DNA of 64,000 nucleotides from a virus. The position numbers were made by a program, and so were the translations under genes. Shown here one piece after another: positions 16,247 to 26,719 of the stretch. Position 1 is the first letter of the stretch. The number at the start of each line of letters is the position of its first letter. The notes under the pieces were generated by a model. The model had not been told where the DNA came from. It saw only the letters and a list, made by a program, of their open reading frames with translations, and did not search any database. The stretch lies in the IMG/VR virus record IMGVR_UViG_3300030098_001779, positions 1 through 64,000 of that record, one strand, 5' to 3'.

Positions 16247-19200
16247 ATGCCAAATATTGAAGCCTTGACAGAAAAACTAATGAAAGATCCTGACTTCAAA
16301 CCAAAAGCAGGCAAGACTAAACTTGAAACTGCTCAAGAAGAAGCAACTCAGAGAATGAATCAGCATAGAAAAAATGCTGCTGCATTAGCTTTAGCTGTAG
16401 AAAATAAAACTGCTATTGAAGCTCTTAGTGACCATGCTGAAAAACAAAAAGAATTAAAAGAAGTAGATGAGATGGTATTTGGTGTTCCTAGTGAGAGTGA
16501 TAGAGAAGCTATGGAACGTGAATTAGATTTAATAGAATTAAATGTTGATACAGATATAAAATTAGCTCCTCCACCAAAAAATACAAGTAGTCAAGTAAAA
16601 GAAGAATTAAAAACTATAATTGATTTACATTTGGCTACAAAAGAAGATACGGAAAACTTTGAGTTTGAAATTGCAAAACCTGCAAAATTACAAGATTTAG
16701 ATATAACAAAGGCATTTACAAATTTAGCTAAAGAATTAGGTTTAGGTGATGAAATCACAAAAGATAAATTAAAGCCTATAATAAGAGAAACTGCTATGAT
16801 AGTCATGAACTTAAAATATCAGTTTAACAGACCTAGACCTTTTCAATTAATGGATTTTCATGAAGTAGAATTTGAACCTGCAGATTTTAAATCTTCTAAA
16901 ACCCCTGCTTATCCTTCAGGACATTCTTTTCAAGGAACTTTAATAGGTCAAATATTATCTGATCTTTTCCCTATTTACGAAGAACAATTTAAAAAACTTG
17001 GAAAGTCTATTGGGGATAATCGTGTAATATTTGGAGTACATTACCCTTCTGATAATTATGCTGGAGTAGAACTAGCAAAACAAGTGTATCCATTTGTAAA
17101 CTTTGATAAGTTAGGCTTTCAAGCTATTCCACAAGAATCAGAACCTTTAGAAAAAGAGGACAATCCTAGAATACCTAGAAAAAAAGGACAGCCTGCAAAA
17201 TCAGATAAACACTCTGATTTATATACAGATGAAGATCCAAAAGACACAATTCAAGGATTAGGGTTTAAAGATGTAAAAACAGCAGAGGCATCTGTGAATA
17301 AAATAAAAAAATCTGGTAGAACTCATGCTCATAAGATACAAGCTGCTGTTGCTATGGAACAAAGAGCAAAAGCTGCTGGTAAAACTACAGCCGCAGGCGT
17401 ATATAGAAAATATATAAATGAGATGAAAGAAAAAACACAGGAGAAAGAGATTGAAAAACATTCTGAAGAACATCACACTGTGGAACATACAGCTGAAGAA
17501 AAACCATTTAACTATGATGACGCAATAGAATCCATAGGAACTCAAATAGAACAGATTAAAAATAAAATAAAAACTGGTGATTATGGCATAGAAAAAGCTG
17601 ACATGCCTCTAGAAAAAGCTACTCCTTTAGAAGTTCTTACAACTGGAGCTGCACTTGCTGCTGGTGGAGTCGCATTGTGGGATTTATACCAAACTTTTAA
17701 AAATAATAAAAGATTAACTAGAGATCAAAGAATTGAATTAGACGAAGCATTAGAGGCAAACGAAGAAGAAATAAAAAATATTCAAGTAAACTTTAATGAA
17801 GATCAAGAATTACCAGATTTAGAAGACACAGACAATGTTGCTGAAATAGTTGAAGCTGCTAAAGATCCAGAAAAAGCAGAAGATGTTGTAAAAAAAGTTA
17901 GGAAGAAAAGATGGGATGCAGGAAAAACTGCAGAAGAAAAACAGAAAATAAAAGAAGAAAGAGATAGGAGAAGAGCAGAGAGAGAAGAGAGAGGGGAGAC
18001 ATCACCTTTAGCTCCTGTTGGAGAACTTACTCCTGAACTAGAAATAGACTCTGTGCTTAGACAAGCAGAAGATTCTGGATTAATAGATCACATACATGAA
18101 CAAATAGAAGGGCATGGTAAAGATAACCCTTTCCATACTAAAGAAGATACTGAGAAAGCTATAAGAGCTAAATATAAAACACCTGAAAAGATGAAAGAAT
18201 ATTTAGGTAAACAACACGGTAAATTTGAAACATTTAAAGCTAAAGCTGAACAACAAAAAGAAAAAGATGATCAAAAAGCTGCTGAAAATCAACAGAAGAA
18301 TGAAGCTAATAGTGCTAAATGGGACATAGATGAAAATGTAAGTTCTGAAGATGCTGCTAAATCTATAAGAGAAATGTTACATCACCAAGAAAAATATGGT
18401 GGTAAGGGTCAAATGAGTTCAGCTCAAAGAGCTCACATTAAAGAACAAATAGATGAAGCTAAAGCTAGACTATCTCCAGATGATACAGAAAAATTAGCTA
18501 GAGAGATTCAAGATCATAATGATGAAAAAAAGAAACCTAAGAGTGAACAAGACACATCAAAAACTTTCGGTAGTTCAGATTATGAACAAAATGTTTTAGG
18601 TCAGACTCCTAAAAAAGAAGATGAGCCTGAAGAAGATAAAGACTACGAAGGTAAAGATATACCACCAGAAAGAAGAGTATATGGTGATCCTCCTGAAGAC
18701 ACTAATGTAAAAACTTATCAAGGACCAGAAGGTGGCTCTTTTTACGATAGAGATGAAGCTGAATCTAAAGAAACAGGTGATGATAGTGCCACAGGTGCAA
18801 AAGGTGAAGATGGAAAAGCAGTTCCACCACCAGTAAGAGAAGGTGATAAAGTTTCTCAAGATGCTCCAGTAGGTCAAAAAGCTGAACAATGGGGTAAATC
18901 TAAAAAAGGATTTATAGCAAGATTTCTAGAAGCTGAAAAAGCAGGATATGAAGCAGCAAAGAAAGAAGATAAAAAAGGTGACTTAAAAGATATATTTAGG
19001 CGTGATATTAAAGATGCAGTTACAGGAAAAAGTTTAGTAGACCAACTAACTTACTCTATAGCTAGATCAAGAGGATATGATAAAAAATCTGCAGAAACTG
19101 CAAAACTGTCAAATCAGGTCAGAGCATTAGTGAGAGCTACACAAATAGGTAAAGTAATTGCTAGAAAGACTCCGGGTTTTGAAGCCGAAGCAAGAGTCGC

Positions 19201-19345
19201 TGCTGGAGCAGAGGCTAGGCAGAATAAAGAAGCCTTAAATAGAGAGATGAAAATAGCTAGACAACGAAGAGATGGACAGCTAGATACTAAACTAGATAAG
19301 GGTGAAATAAAAAAACTACAGGATTTTCTAAGAAAGCGAGTATAA
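16247..19345 (+). CDS. Large multidomain protein with PAP2/acid-phosphatase-haloperoxidase domain, probably virion-associated
   Basis: KYQFNRPRP, PAYPSGHS, RVIFGVHYPSD triad; charged low-complexity remainder. Confidence 0.75.
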   Translation: MPNIEALTEKLMKDPDFKPKAGKTKLETAQEEATQRMNQHRKNAAALALAVENKTAIEALSDHAEKQKELKEVDEMVFGVPSESDREAMERELDLIELNVDTDIKLAPPPKNTSSQVKEELKTIIDLHLATKEDTENFEFEIAKPAKLQDLDITKAFTNLAKELGLGDEITKDKLKPIIRETAMIVMNLKYQFNRPRPFQLMDFHEVEFEPADFKSSKTPAYPSGHSFQGTLIGQILSDLFPIYEEQFKKLGKSIGDNRVIFGVHYPSDNYAGVELAKQVYPFVNFDKLGFQAIPQESEPLEKEDNPRIPRKKGQPAKSDKHSDLYTDEDPKDTIQGLGFKDVKTAEASVNKIKKSGRTHAHKIQAAVAMEQRAKAAGKTTAAGVYRKYINEMKEKTQEKEIEKHSEEHHTVEHTAEEKPFNYDDAIESIGTQIEQIKNKIKTGDYGIEKADMPLEKATPLEVLTTGAALAAGGVALWDLYQTFKNNKRLTRDQRIELDEALEANEEEIKNIQVNFNEDQELPDLEDTDNVAEIVEAAKDPEKAEDVVKKVRKKRWDAGKTAEEKQKIKEERDRRRAEREERGETSPLAPVGELTPELEIDSVLRQAEDSGLIDHIHEQIEGHGKDNPFHTKEDTEKAIRAKYKTPEKMKEYLGKQHGKFETFKAKAEQQKEKDDQKAAENQQKNEANSAKWDIDENVSSEDAAKSIREMLHHQEKYGGKGQMSSAQRAHIKEQIDEAKARLSPDDTEKLAREIQDHNDEKKKPKSEQDTSKTFGSSDYEQNVLGQTPKKEDEPEEDKDYEGKDIPPERRVYGDPPEDTNVKTYQGPEGGSFYDRDEAESKETGDDSATGAKGEDGKAVPPPVREGDKVSQDAPVGQKAEQWGKSKKGFIARFLEAEKAGYEAAKKEDKKGDLKDIFRRDIKDAVTGKSLVDQLTYSIARSRGYDKKSAETAKLSNQVRALVRATQIGKVIARKTPGFEAEARVAAGAEARQNKEALNREMKIARQRRDGQLDTKLDKGEIKKLQDFLRKRV

Positions 19346-19346
19346 T
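19321..19346 (+). promoter_or_regulatory. Putative late promoter (variant)
   Basis: GGATT-N13-AGTATAAT. Confidence 0.45.
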
Positions 19347-19351
19347 AGATT

Positions 19352-20854
19352 ATGGACATATTAAAACGATGGTTAAAATTAAAAAAAGCACAGAGGGTGA
19401 GGAATCCTTGGGCTGTGGCTACGGCTTTAAATCAAGGTAAACACACAGGTAACTCTGGTACATCTAAAGGTGCTTATGTTGCTGGTATTAATAGAAATGA
19501 ATGGAACTCACCAGAAGGTATGGAATCAGCTGCAGAGAGATCTGCTGAATATCATGGCATGAGTCCTAAAAGAAAAAAAGGTCACAAATACTCTGCAGCT
19601 AAAAAACAAAATGAAAACAAACCTCTAACAGCAAAACAAAGAGCAGCAACACCTAAAACGACTGCAAAAAAGACTACAGCTAAGAAAACTACTACAGCAA
19701 AAACTGAACCTAAAAAATCTAAATCTAAAAAAACTACTACTCCAAAACCTAAAACTAAAGGAGTATTTTCAGATATTAAAATCGCAGATACAAATAGAGA
19801 TACTATAGACAAAGTATATAAAGATATAAAAGATAAAATTAAAGAGTTCGGTTCAGCTTCAAGAGGTACTCCTAATACAGCCGCAAAAAGAAAACAAAAA
19901 GCAGATGGTCTTAAAAAGATAACAGATCAAACAAATCAAGATTTAGCGGACTTAGAAGGAGAAATAAAATTTGATCCTAGTGAGAAAAATATTAAAGCCT
20001 TTAAAGATTTAGCTGGTAAAATAGAAACAGCTGCTGATAAATTTAATTCAGATTTCCCTATACAAAAATCATCTACATCTAGAAAACTACTTAATATACT
20101 AAAAGAAAGTGTAACAGTAGACAATGATCAACTAGAAAAAGACTTTACCAGTGCTTTATATCAAGCTATGAAGAAACATAAAAAAGACTTCGGTGTTCCT
20201 ACTGGTAATAATGAAATATTAAAAGGCGTAAAAAATAAACAAAAACCTGAAGAGGTTAAAAAGATTATGGACTTACCTAATTTTACAAAAGTTAAAAATG
20301 CACCTCAAGTAAAAAAAGGTATTACAGATTCATTACTTGCAATGTTAGCTGGATATAAATTAACACCAAAAGTAAATCCGGGTGAAATGACTCCTGCACA
20401 ACAAAGACAGTGGGAGAGAACATTACAAAATCAAATGAGAAGAAAGAATATCGATATAGATAAAGATATTTTCAAACAATTACAAAACTTTTATAAAGAC
20501 AAATCAGATACTTATACAAGAAAGAAACCTGCAAAGAACGGAGTCAAGGTAGAAAAAATTCTTACATCACCTCCGTTTCAAGGAGCAGAGTTTGACCCAG
20601 TTTCTCACAGATGGAAGAAACCGGGAGAAGTTGCAGCTCAAACTGGAAATGTAAATGTAGGTACTGGTGGTAAAAGAAGGGTTAGAGGTGCTGGTACAGG
20701 GGCTGCTCAACGATCAGTAGGTGGACATGCTAGAGGTATAAGAAGAGCAGAAAGACTAGGAGTAGCTGCAAGAGGTAAAGCTAAAGGAAAATCCGCTTCA
20801 GCTAAAAGATCAGCTAGAATTAAAGCATTTAAGAAATTAACAAGAAAGAGATAG
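19352..20854 (+). CDS. Very basic Lys/Arg-rich protein, putative internal head DNA-binding protein
   Basis: KTTAKK repeats, basic C-terminus. Confidence 0.6.
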   Translation: MDILKRWLKLKKAQRVRNPWAVATALNQGKHTGNSGTSKGAYVAGINRNEWNSPEGMESAAERSAEYHGMSPKRKKGHKYSAAKKQNENKPLTAKQRAATPKTTAKKTTAKKTTTAKTEPKKSKSKKTTTPKPKTKGVFSDIKIADTNRDTIDKVYKDIKDKIKEFGSASRGTPNTAAKRKQKADGLKKITDQTNQDLADLEGEIKFDPSEKNIKAFKDLAGKIETAADKFNSDFPIQKSSTSRKLLNILKESVTVDNDQLEKDFTSALYQAMKKHKKDFGVPTGNNEILKGVKNKQKPEEVKKIMDLPNFTKVKNAPQVKKGITDSLLAMLAGYKLTPKVNPGEMTPAQQRQWERTLQNQMRRKNIDIDKDIFKQLQNFYKDKSDTYTRKKPAKNGVKVEKILTSPPFQGAEFDPVSHRWKKPGEVAAQTGNVNVGTGGKRRVRGAGTGAAQRSVGGHARGIRRAERLGVAARGKAKGKSASAKRSARIKAFKKLTRKR

Positions 20855-20863
20855 GAGATTACT

Positions 20864-21325
20864 ATGGCTATTAAAAAGAATAAAAAGAAAACTACTGAAA
20901 AAGTGGTAGAAAAAAAGCCGAGATATGCAACTTTGGCTCCGCAAGAAGAGATAGAAGAATCTAGAGAAGCTACACTAAAAGCTAAAAAAGCAGAAGATGC
21001 AGCTAAAAAAGAAGAATCTAAAAGATATGAAACGCGAATATTTATAAAGAAAGAACCTATAGCTAAAAATATTCATGTAGCTACTTATGCTTATCATGAA
21101 TCTAGCAACCAATTGTCTATTACATATGGACAAGATGGAGTAGCTGGAGCAGATATAGAAAATTTATTTATAAGTGACGCTTTAATAATTGATCCTGAAA
21201 CTAATGCTAAATCAATGGTAAGTAGAACTGATAATCCAAAATTATGGATACAAAGTTTATACAAAGCTAACTTAGGTAGACCATACATAGCAGAGGAGGC
21301 AGTATCATATTATGAAACTGAATAA
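20864..21325 (+). CDS. Hypothetical protein
   Basis: 153 aa, AGGAG RBS. Confidence 0.75.
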   Translation: MAIKKNKKKTTEKVVEKKPRYATLAPQEEIEESREATLKAKKAEDAAKKEESKRYETRIFIKKEPIAKNIHVATYAYHESSNQLSITYGQDGVAGADIENLFISDALIIDPETNAKSMVSRTDNPKLWIQSLYKANLGRPYIAEEAVSYYETE

Positions 21326-22247
21326 TTTTTTTGAGAAAAGTAAAGTACAAAAAAAGGTAAAACAAGTAATATCGTTCAACAATGAAGCTAAAGAAAACGA
21401 ATTACAAAATACTATCGATTTACTTCATACTGAATTAAAACATTATAAAGGTGTTGAGTCTGCGAATGATCATCTCAGACATACTAACAGCACTTATATG
21501 AGGGAAAAATCAAATTATATAGAAGAAATTGATAAGCAAAATACTGAAATACAAGAATTAAAACTTATTATTAGTGATCTAGAACCGAAAGCAACTGCTG
21601 CGGAAGACGCAATGAAAAGTTCTAAAAGTCATCAAGATGCTTTAAATCAAGCAAAACATGATTTACAACAAGTAAAAAACAGTAGATTGCAGCAAGATAA
21701 AAATATTGATATGCTTTCTAAAGAAAGATCTGAATATCAACTTGCATTAAAAAATGTAGAAAAGCAATACGAAATAGAAAAAAGGGCACATAAAGATGTA
21801 AATGATAAATATCAACATTTACAAAAAGAATACAAAAAGGTGTTCGGTTTTTCAGAAGAAAATAGTAAAATAAATATAGAGGTACAGAAAAAGAATAGGG
21901 ATTTAGAAAGAGAACGTAATTTTTTAAGAGATACTTTAGTTGGTATGAAAAAACAACTAGCTCAGAAAGATAAAAATACTATCGATTTAGAAAATTGGGT
22001 GACCTCTCTAAGAGAAACAATCCTAGAAAATGGAGACAAAGATCAAGAATTTACTTATAAAAAGATAAGTGAATTAATTTTTGATCATTATACAAGATAC
22101 AAGAAAGACTTAGAAAAGCCTAGATACATGTCGATGGAATCGATAGCTAGAAAGGAAGGGTTTAAAATACCCGGACCTACAGCAGCGAGTAATTATAACA
22201 AATTACATCTAGGTAATGCTAAACCAACATTATTAAAGTTTAAATAA
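21312..22247 (+). CDS. Long coiled-coil protein
   Basis: 311 aa, heptad-rich. Confidence 0.75.
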   Translation: MKLNNFFEKSKVQKKVKQVISFNNEAKENELQNTIDLLHTELKHYKGVESANDHLRHTNSTYMREKSNYIEEIDKQNTEIQELKLIISDLEPKATAAEDAMKSSKSHQDALNQAKHDLQQVKNSRLQQDKNIDMLSKERSEYQLALKNVEKQYEIEKRAHKDVNDKYQHLQKEYKKVFGFSEENSKINIEVQKKNRDLERERNFLRDTLVGMKKQLAQKDKNTIDLENWVTSLRETILENGDKDQEFTYKKISELIFDHYTRYKKDLEKPRYMSMESIARKEGFKIPGPTAASNYNKLHLGNAKPTLLKFK

Positions 22248-22257
22248 GGAGAAAACG

Positions 22258-22578
22258 ATGCCAAAACCTTTTCGACAAGAAATCGAATTGCTTCAAAACT
22301 ATGGTAGTCACAAGACGTTTACTTTCACTACGTCTGGTTCCTCTGCTGAAACAGTGGTGGATATTGGATCTAATTTTGAGGAAGTAAATAAAATCTCATT
22401 TGTTGTAGAACTCGCAGATGCATTTATAGCTTTTGATGAAGATGCGACTACTTCATCTATGCTTATTCCTCAAAACGAGGGATATTTTGATGAAGGAATT
22501 TGGATTCAAGATAAAATCAGTATTATACGATCTGGTAGCACAAATGCGAGAATCAGAGGTATAGTCTGGGGTAGATAA
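22258..22578 (+). CDS. Putative virion structural protein
   Basis: Beta-rich 106 aa upstream of fibre genes. Confidence 0.6.
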   Translation: MPKPFRQEIELLQNYGSHKTFTFTTSGSSAETVVDIGSNFEEVNKISFVVELADAFIAFDEDATTSSMLIPQNEGYFDEGIWIQDKISIIRSGSTNARIRGIVWGR

Positions 22579-22593
22579 ATAGGGAGCAACTAA

Positions 22594-25500
22594 ATGCCAA
22601 AAAGTAGAGGGATACAAGGTGGACTAACCAGAGGTCGACTATTTGATACTAATATAAAAGCAACTCAGATAGATGAAGATATCTTTTCTGACCAAGAGCT
22701 ATTGTCTTCTATTGCAGGAGATGATTTAGTATTAGTTCTTGACGTATCTGAAACACCAGATAAAGTTAAATATATTACTAAAAGTAATTTCGTTACTGGT
22801 ATTACTGGAGTAACAGTCACTGATAACGAATCTACTAATGAAGATAATTTACTTACCTTTGTTGCAGATGCAGCTACATCAACTGGATCTCATGAACTTG
22901 AAATGGATGGAGATCTTACTTATAATCCATCTACAGGTAACCTTTCCGCTACACAATTAACAGGTGCTTTACAAACTGCATCACATCCTAATGTGACTAC
23001 TCTTGCTGGTGTAACAGCTATGGGTTCAGTATCAAATGCTCTAACTCTTACTTATAGTGATGCAACTTTATTTCACGATGCAAATAATGCAGACACCTCT
23101 TTTACAATGGGTACAAGTGCTACTGAAGCACTAAAAATAGAAGTATTAAATGGTGGATCTAATAAAACTGCAGAGTCTATTGCCTTTACTTCTACAACAG
23201 CATCAGGAACTGGAGATCACGGTAAGTTTACATTTAGTGTTGATGAAGCAACTGCAATGTTTACAATTGATGATGGTGGAGTAAGTATAGCTGAAAGTGG
23301 TGCTTATGAAATAAATGGCACAGCAATATTATCAGACTCGTCAGGCACTTTAACATTACAAAATGTAGATGCCTTAGATGCTACAACAGAATCAACTATA
23401 GAAGCAGCTCTAGATACATTATCTAATCTAGCTTCTGCTACAGCCTTGACTACAATAGGTTCAGCAGGAGCTACAACAAATTTTGCAGCTGGTGATGTTA
23501 CCTTCTTTAATCCTGTTAACGATGGTAATCCTACACTTAGTTTAGGATCAGATAGTAATGAAAGATTAAAAATAACATCAACTTATGACTCTGGAGCTCA
23601 GACATTAGATAAAGTTACATTTGAGACTGCTGCCGCTTCAGGTAGTTCAGACAAAGGTAAATATGTATTTAACGTGGATGGTACAGATATATTCGATATT
23701 GATGATTCAGGTATAAATTTAACTTCTGGTAAATCAGTTAGAGTAGCTGGAGCAGCTGTTGTAGGTGGCGTTAATGAGTTTGCAGCTGGAGCGGTAGCAG
23801 ACGGAGATTCATTTATATTTTCAGATGCTAATGATAGCAACGCAACTAAAAAAGATGCTATAGCAGATCTTGCAACATTATTCGCAGGAACAGGATTAAC
23901 AGCATCTAGCTCTGTCATATCAGTTGATGCAGCACAATCAGGTATTACATCATTAGGAACATTAACAGGTTTAACTTTAGATGGTGATAAAAACGTAACA
24001 CCGGGTGATGGTGCTATGATACATCTTGATACATCTACAATTACAGATAATAATACGTCAGGTTCAGGAACTGCGGCATTATATACACATGTAAGATTTG
24101 AGGCACCTACTTTAGCTGCTTCTAATTCATCTGTAACAACAACTACAGCAAGCACTGTATACATTAGTGGTGCTCCATCAGCAGGAACAAATCAAACTGT
24201 ATCAAATGGATTAGCATTATTCGTGGATGCAGGAAATGTAAGATTTGATGGCGACATTATCATGGGGACTAATACTGCTGGTAATTTATTAATTGCTGAT
24301 GGTAGTAACTTTAGTTCAACAGCAGTTGGTGATTTATCCGAAATATCTACAGTTGCATCTGACGATGTGTTACTTGCAGTAGATACATCAGGTGGTGGAC
24401 TAAAGAGAATTACAAGGTCAACACTTGTAGCTGGTCTTGCTACAGGTAGTGAAATATCAAATGTTGTTGAAGATACTTCACCACAACTTGGTGGCGACTT
24501 AGATGTAAATGGTAATGGTCTAGTATCTACTTCAAATGGTAATATAGCACTTACACCAAACGGTTCAGGTGTTGTTAGAATAGATGGCTCTAATGGTATT
24601 GACATGGAGTCAGGAGCTATATCAATTAAAAACTCTGGGGCACAGTCTTATGTAAGATTTTATTGTGAAGTAAGTAATGCACATTATGCCCAATTACAAG
24701 CACCAGCACATGCAGATTTTGGTGGAAATATAACTTTAACTTTACCTGCAACTACAGATACTCTTGCAGGTTTAGCAGCTACACAAACATTTACAAATAA
24801 ATCTTTTGGTAGTGATGTAGATATATTTGAAGATGCAAACAACGCTGATGTAACATTAAGAATGGGTACAAGTGCTACAGAATCTTTAGCTATTTCAGTA
24901 TTGAATGGTGGTTCTAATAAGACAGCCGAGTCTGTTACATTTACAACTGCTACAGCATCGGGTACAAGTGATCATGGTAAATTTACATTTAATGTGGACG
25001 GCTCAGACATTTTTGATGTTGATGATTCGGGTATTAACTTAGCATCAGGTAAAACATTTAGAATAAATGGAACTGCTATTTCTTCAGCAGTTATCACTGC
25101 ATTAAATAATGCAACTGAAAATGAATTAGTAACTATTGGTAGTACAACTACTGAACTAGATGCAGAAACAGCTTTAACATTTGACGGAACTGATTTAAAA
25201 TTACTTAAAGATGCAAATAATGCGGATGTATCATTCGTATTAGGTACAGCTGATGCAGAATCATTGACAATACAGGTATTAAATGGTGGTTCCAACAAGA
25301 CTGCAGAAGAGATACACTTTAGTACAGCGACTGCATCGGGTACAGCCAATCATGGAAAAATGGTGTTTGATATTGATGGAACTGATCAATTTGAAATTAA
25401 TGATAGTGGTGTTACAGTTACAGGCGATTTAACAATTACTGGTGATGATTTATTTATGAACACAAACACAGCAGGACACATTCTTGTTGGTGATGATACA

Positions 25501-26328
25501 AATTACAATCCAGTAGCTGTAAGTGGTGATGTTAGTTTAGCATCAAATGGTGCAGTTACAATAGCAAATGATGCTGTTGAGTCAGGAATGTTAAATGACA
25601 ATATTATATCTGGGCAAACTGAAATATCATCAGGTCTAGCAGATGCTGACGAGTTACTATATTCAGATGCTGGAACTCTTAAAAGAGTAGGACTAGACAC
25701 ACTTACAGCTCACATACAATCAGGTATTGGTGGTGACATTACAGGCGTAACAGCAGGAGTAGGTTTATCGGGTGGTGGTAGCTCAGGTGCAGTAACACTT
25801 ACATTAGACTTATCTGAATTAAGTTCTGTGACACCAGCATCAGGAGATAGTTTGTCTACATTAGATAGTGATGGAGCAAACGAACAACTTACAACAGTTG
25901 ACAACCTTGCTACGTTATTTGCAGGTGATGGTCTAGCAGCATCTAGTGCTGTATTAGGCATAGACTTAGGCACTAACTCTGGACTTGAAATATCAAGTAA
26001 TAAATTACAAATAGCAAAAGGTATATCGCAACACGATGTACCACAGTTTACATCAGGTGTAGCAGATAATGATTTCTTACGAGTAGATGGCACAGTTATT
26101 GAAGGTAGAAGTGCATCAGAAGTCTTATCCGATATAGGTGGTCAAGCAACATTAACATTTGGTATTTCAAACACCAATGCAGTTAAAATTGATAGTGCCA
26201 GTGTAGCTGATGATGAATACGCTAGATTTACGGCAAATGGTTTAGAAAGTAGAAGTACAACAGAAGTAGCTTCTGACATAGGAGCTTCTACTAAAGGATT
26301 TGCTGTGGCAATGGCTATAGCATTATAA
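22594..26328 (+). CDS. Long tail-fibre-like protein with internal repeats
   Basis: G/T/S/A/D-rich; repeated DANNAD...LNGGSNKTAE...HGK units; C-terminal KGFAVAMAIAL. Confidence 0.75.
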   Translation: MPKSRGIQGGLTRGRLFDTNIKATQIDEDIFSDQELLSSIAGDDLVLVLDVSETPDKVKYITKSNFVTGITGVTVTDNESTNEDNLLTFVADAATSTGSHELEMDGDLTYNPSTGNLSATQLTGALQTASHPNVTTLAGVTAMGSVSNALTLTYSDATLFHDANNADTSFTMGTSATEALKIEVLNGGSNKTAESIAFTSTTASGTGDHGKFTFSVDEATAMFTIDDGGVSIAESGAYEINGTAILSDSSGTLTLQNVDALDATTESTIEAALDTLSNLASATALTTIGSAGATTNFAAGDVTFFNPVNDGNPTLSLGSDSNERLKITSTYDSGAQTLDKVTFETAAASGSSDKGKYVFNVDGTDIFDIDDSGINLTSGKSVRVAGAAVVGGVNEFAAGAVADGDSFIFSDANDSNATKKDAIADLATLFAGTGLTASSSVISVDAAQSGITSLGTLTGLTLDGDKNVTPGDGAMIHLDTSTITDNNTSGSGTAALYTHVRFEAPTLAASNSSVTTTTASTVYISGAPSAGTNQTVSNGLALFVDAGNVRFDGDIIMGTNTAGNLLIADGSNFSSTAVGDLSEISTVASDDVLLAVDTSGGGLKRITRSTLVAGLATGSEISNVVEDTSPQLGGDLDVNGNGLVSTSNGNIALTPNGSGVVRIDGSNGIDMESGAISIKNSGAQSYVRFYCEVSNAHYAQLQAPAHADFGGNITLTLPATTDTLAGLAATQTFTNKSFGSDVDIFEDANNADVTLRMGTSATESLAISVLNGGSNKTAESVTFTTATASGTSDHGKFTFNVDGSDIFDVDDSGINLASGKTFRINGTAISSAVITALNNATENELVTIGSTTTELDAETALTFDGTDLKLLKDANNADVSFVLGTADAESLTIQVLNGGSNKTAEEIHFSTATASGTANHGKMVFDIDGTDQFEINDSGVTVTGDLTITGDDLFMNTNTAGHILVGDDTNYNPVAVSGDVSLASNGAVTIANDAVESGMLNDNIISGQTEISSGLADADELLYSDAGTLKRVGLDTLTAHIQSGIGGDITGVTAGVGLSGGGSSGAVTLTLDLSELSSVTPASGDSLSTLDSDGANEQLTTVDNLATLFAGDGLAASSAVLGIDLGTNSGLEISSNKLQIAKGISQHDVPQFTSGVADNDFLRVDGTVIEGRSASEVLSDIGGQATLTFGISNTNAVKIDSASVADDEYARFTANGLESRSTTEVASDIGASTKGFAVAMAIAL

Positions 26329-26335
26329 ATATGAC

Positions 26336-26361
26336 GGAAAAAAGACTAATAATAGTATAAT
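26336..26361 (+). promoter_or_regulatory. Putative late promoter
   Basis: GGAAA-N13-AGTATAAT. Confidence 0.65.
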
Positions 26362-26381
26362 ATATATAGGAGACTAAATAA

Positions 26382-26708
26382 ATGGCACAAGATTTTGAAA
26401 ATAGCATAGCCAGAGATACTGGCACTTCAGGGGCGACCATCAGAACTGCTAATAGTGATGACGCTATTGTAGGATTACGCCTTGCTAATATCCATACAGC
26501 AGCAATTACTGTAGATGTATTTATTGAACGAAGTAGTGCTAATTATTTTTTAGTTAAAGGTGCCACTATCCCTGCTGGCTCCTCTTTAGAACTTATCGAT
26601 GGGGGAAGTAAAATAGTTTTAGTAAGTGGTGATGCATTAAAAGTAGACTGTAACACAGACAATGCGTTAGACGTATGGTGCAGTGTAGTAGACACAATTA
26701 GCGAATAG
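26382..26708 (+). CDS. Virion structural protein (fibre-associated)
   Basis: 108 aa; IPAGSSLELIDGGSKIVL motif of small proteins that follow AMAIAL-type fibres. Confidence 0.65.
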   Translation: MAQDFENSIARDTGTSGATIRTANSDDAIVGLRLANIHTAAITVDVFIERSSANYFLVKGATIPAGSSLELIDGGSKIVLVSGDALKVDCNTDNALDVWCSVVDTISE

Positions 26709-26719
26709 GAGATTGACAT

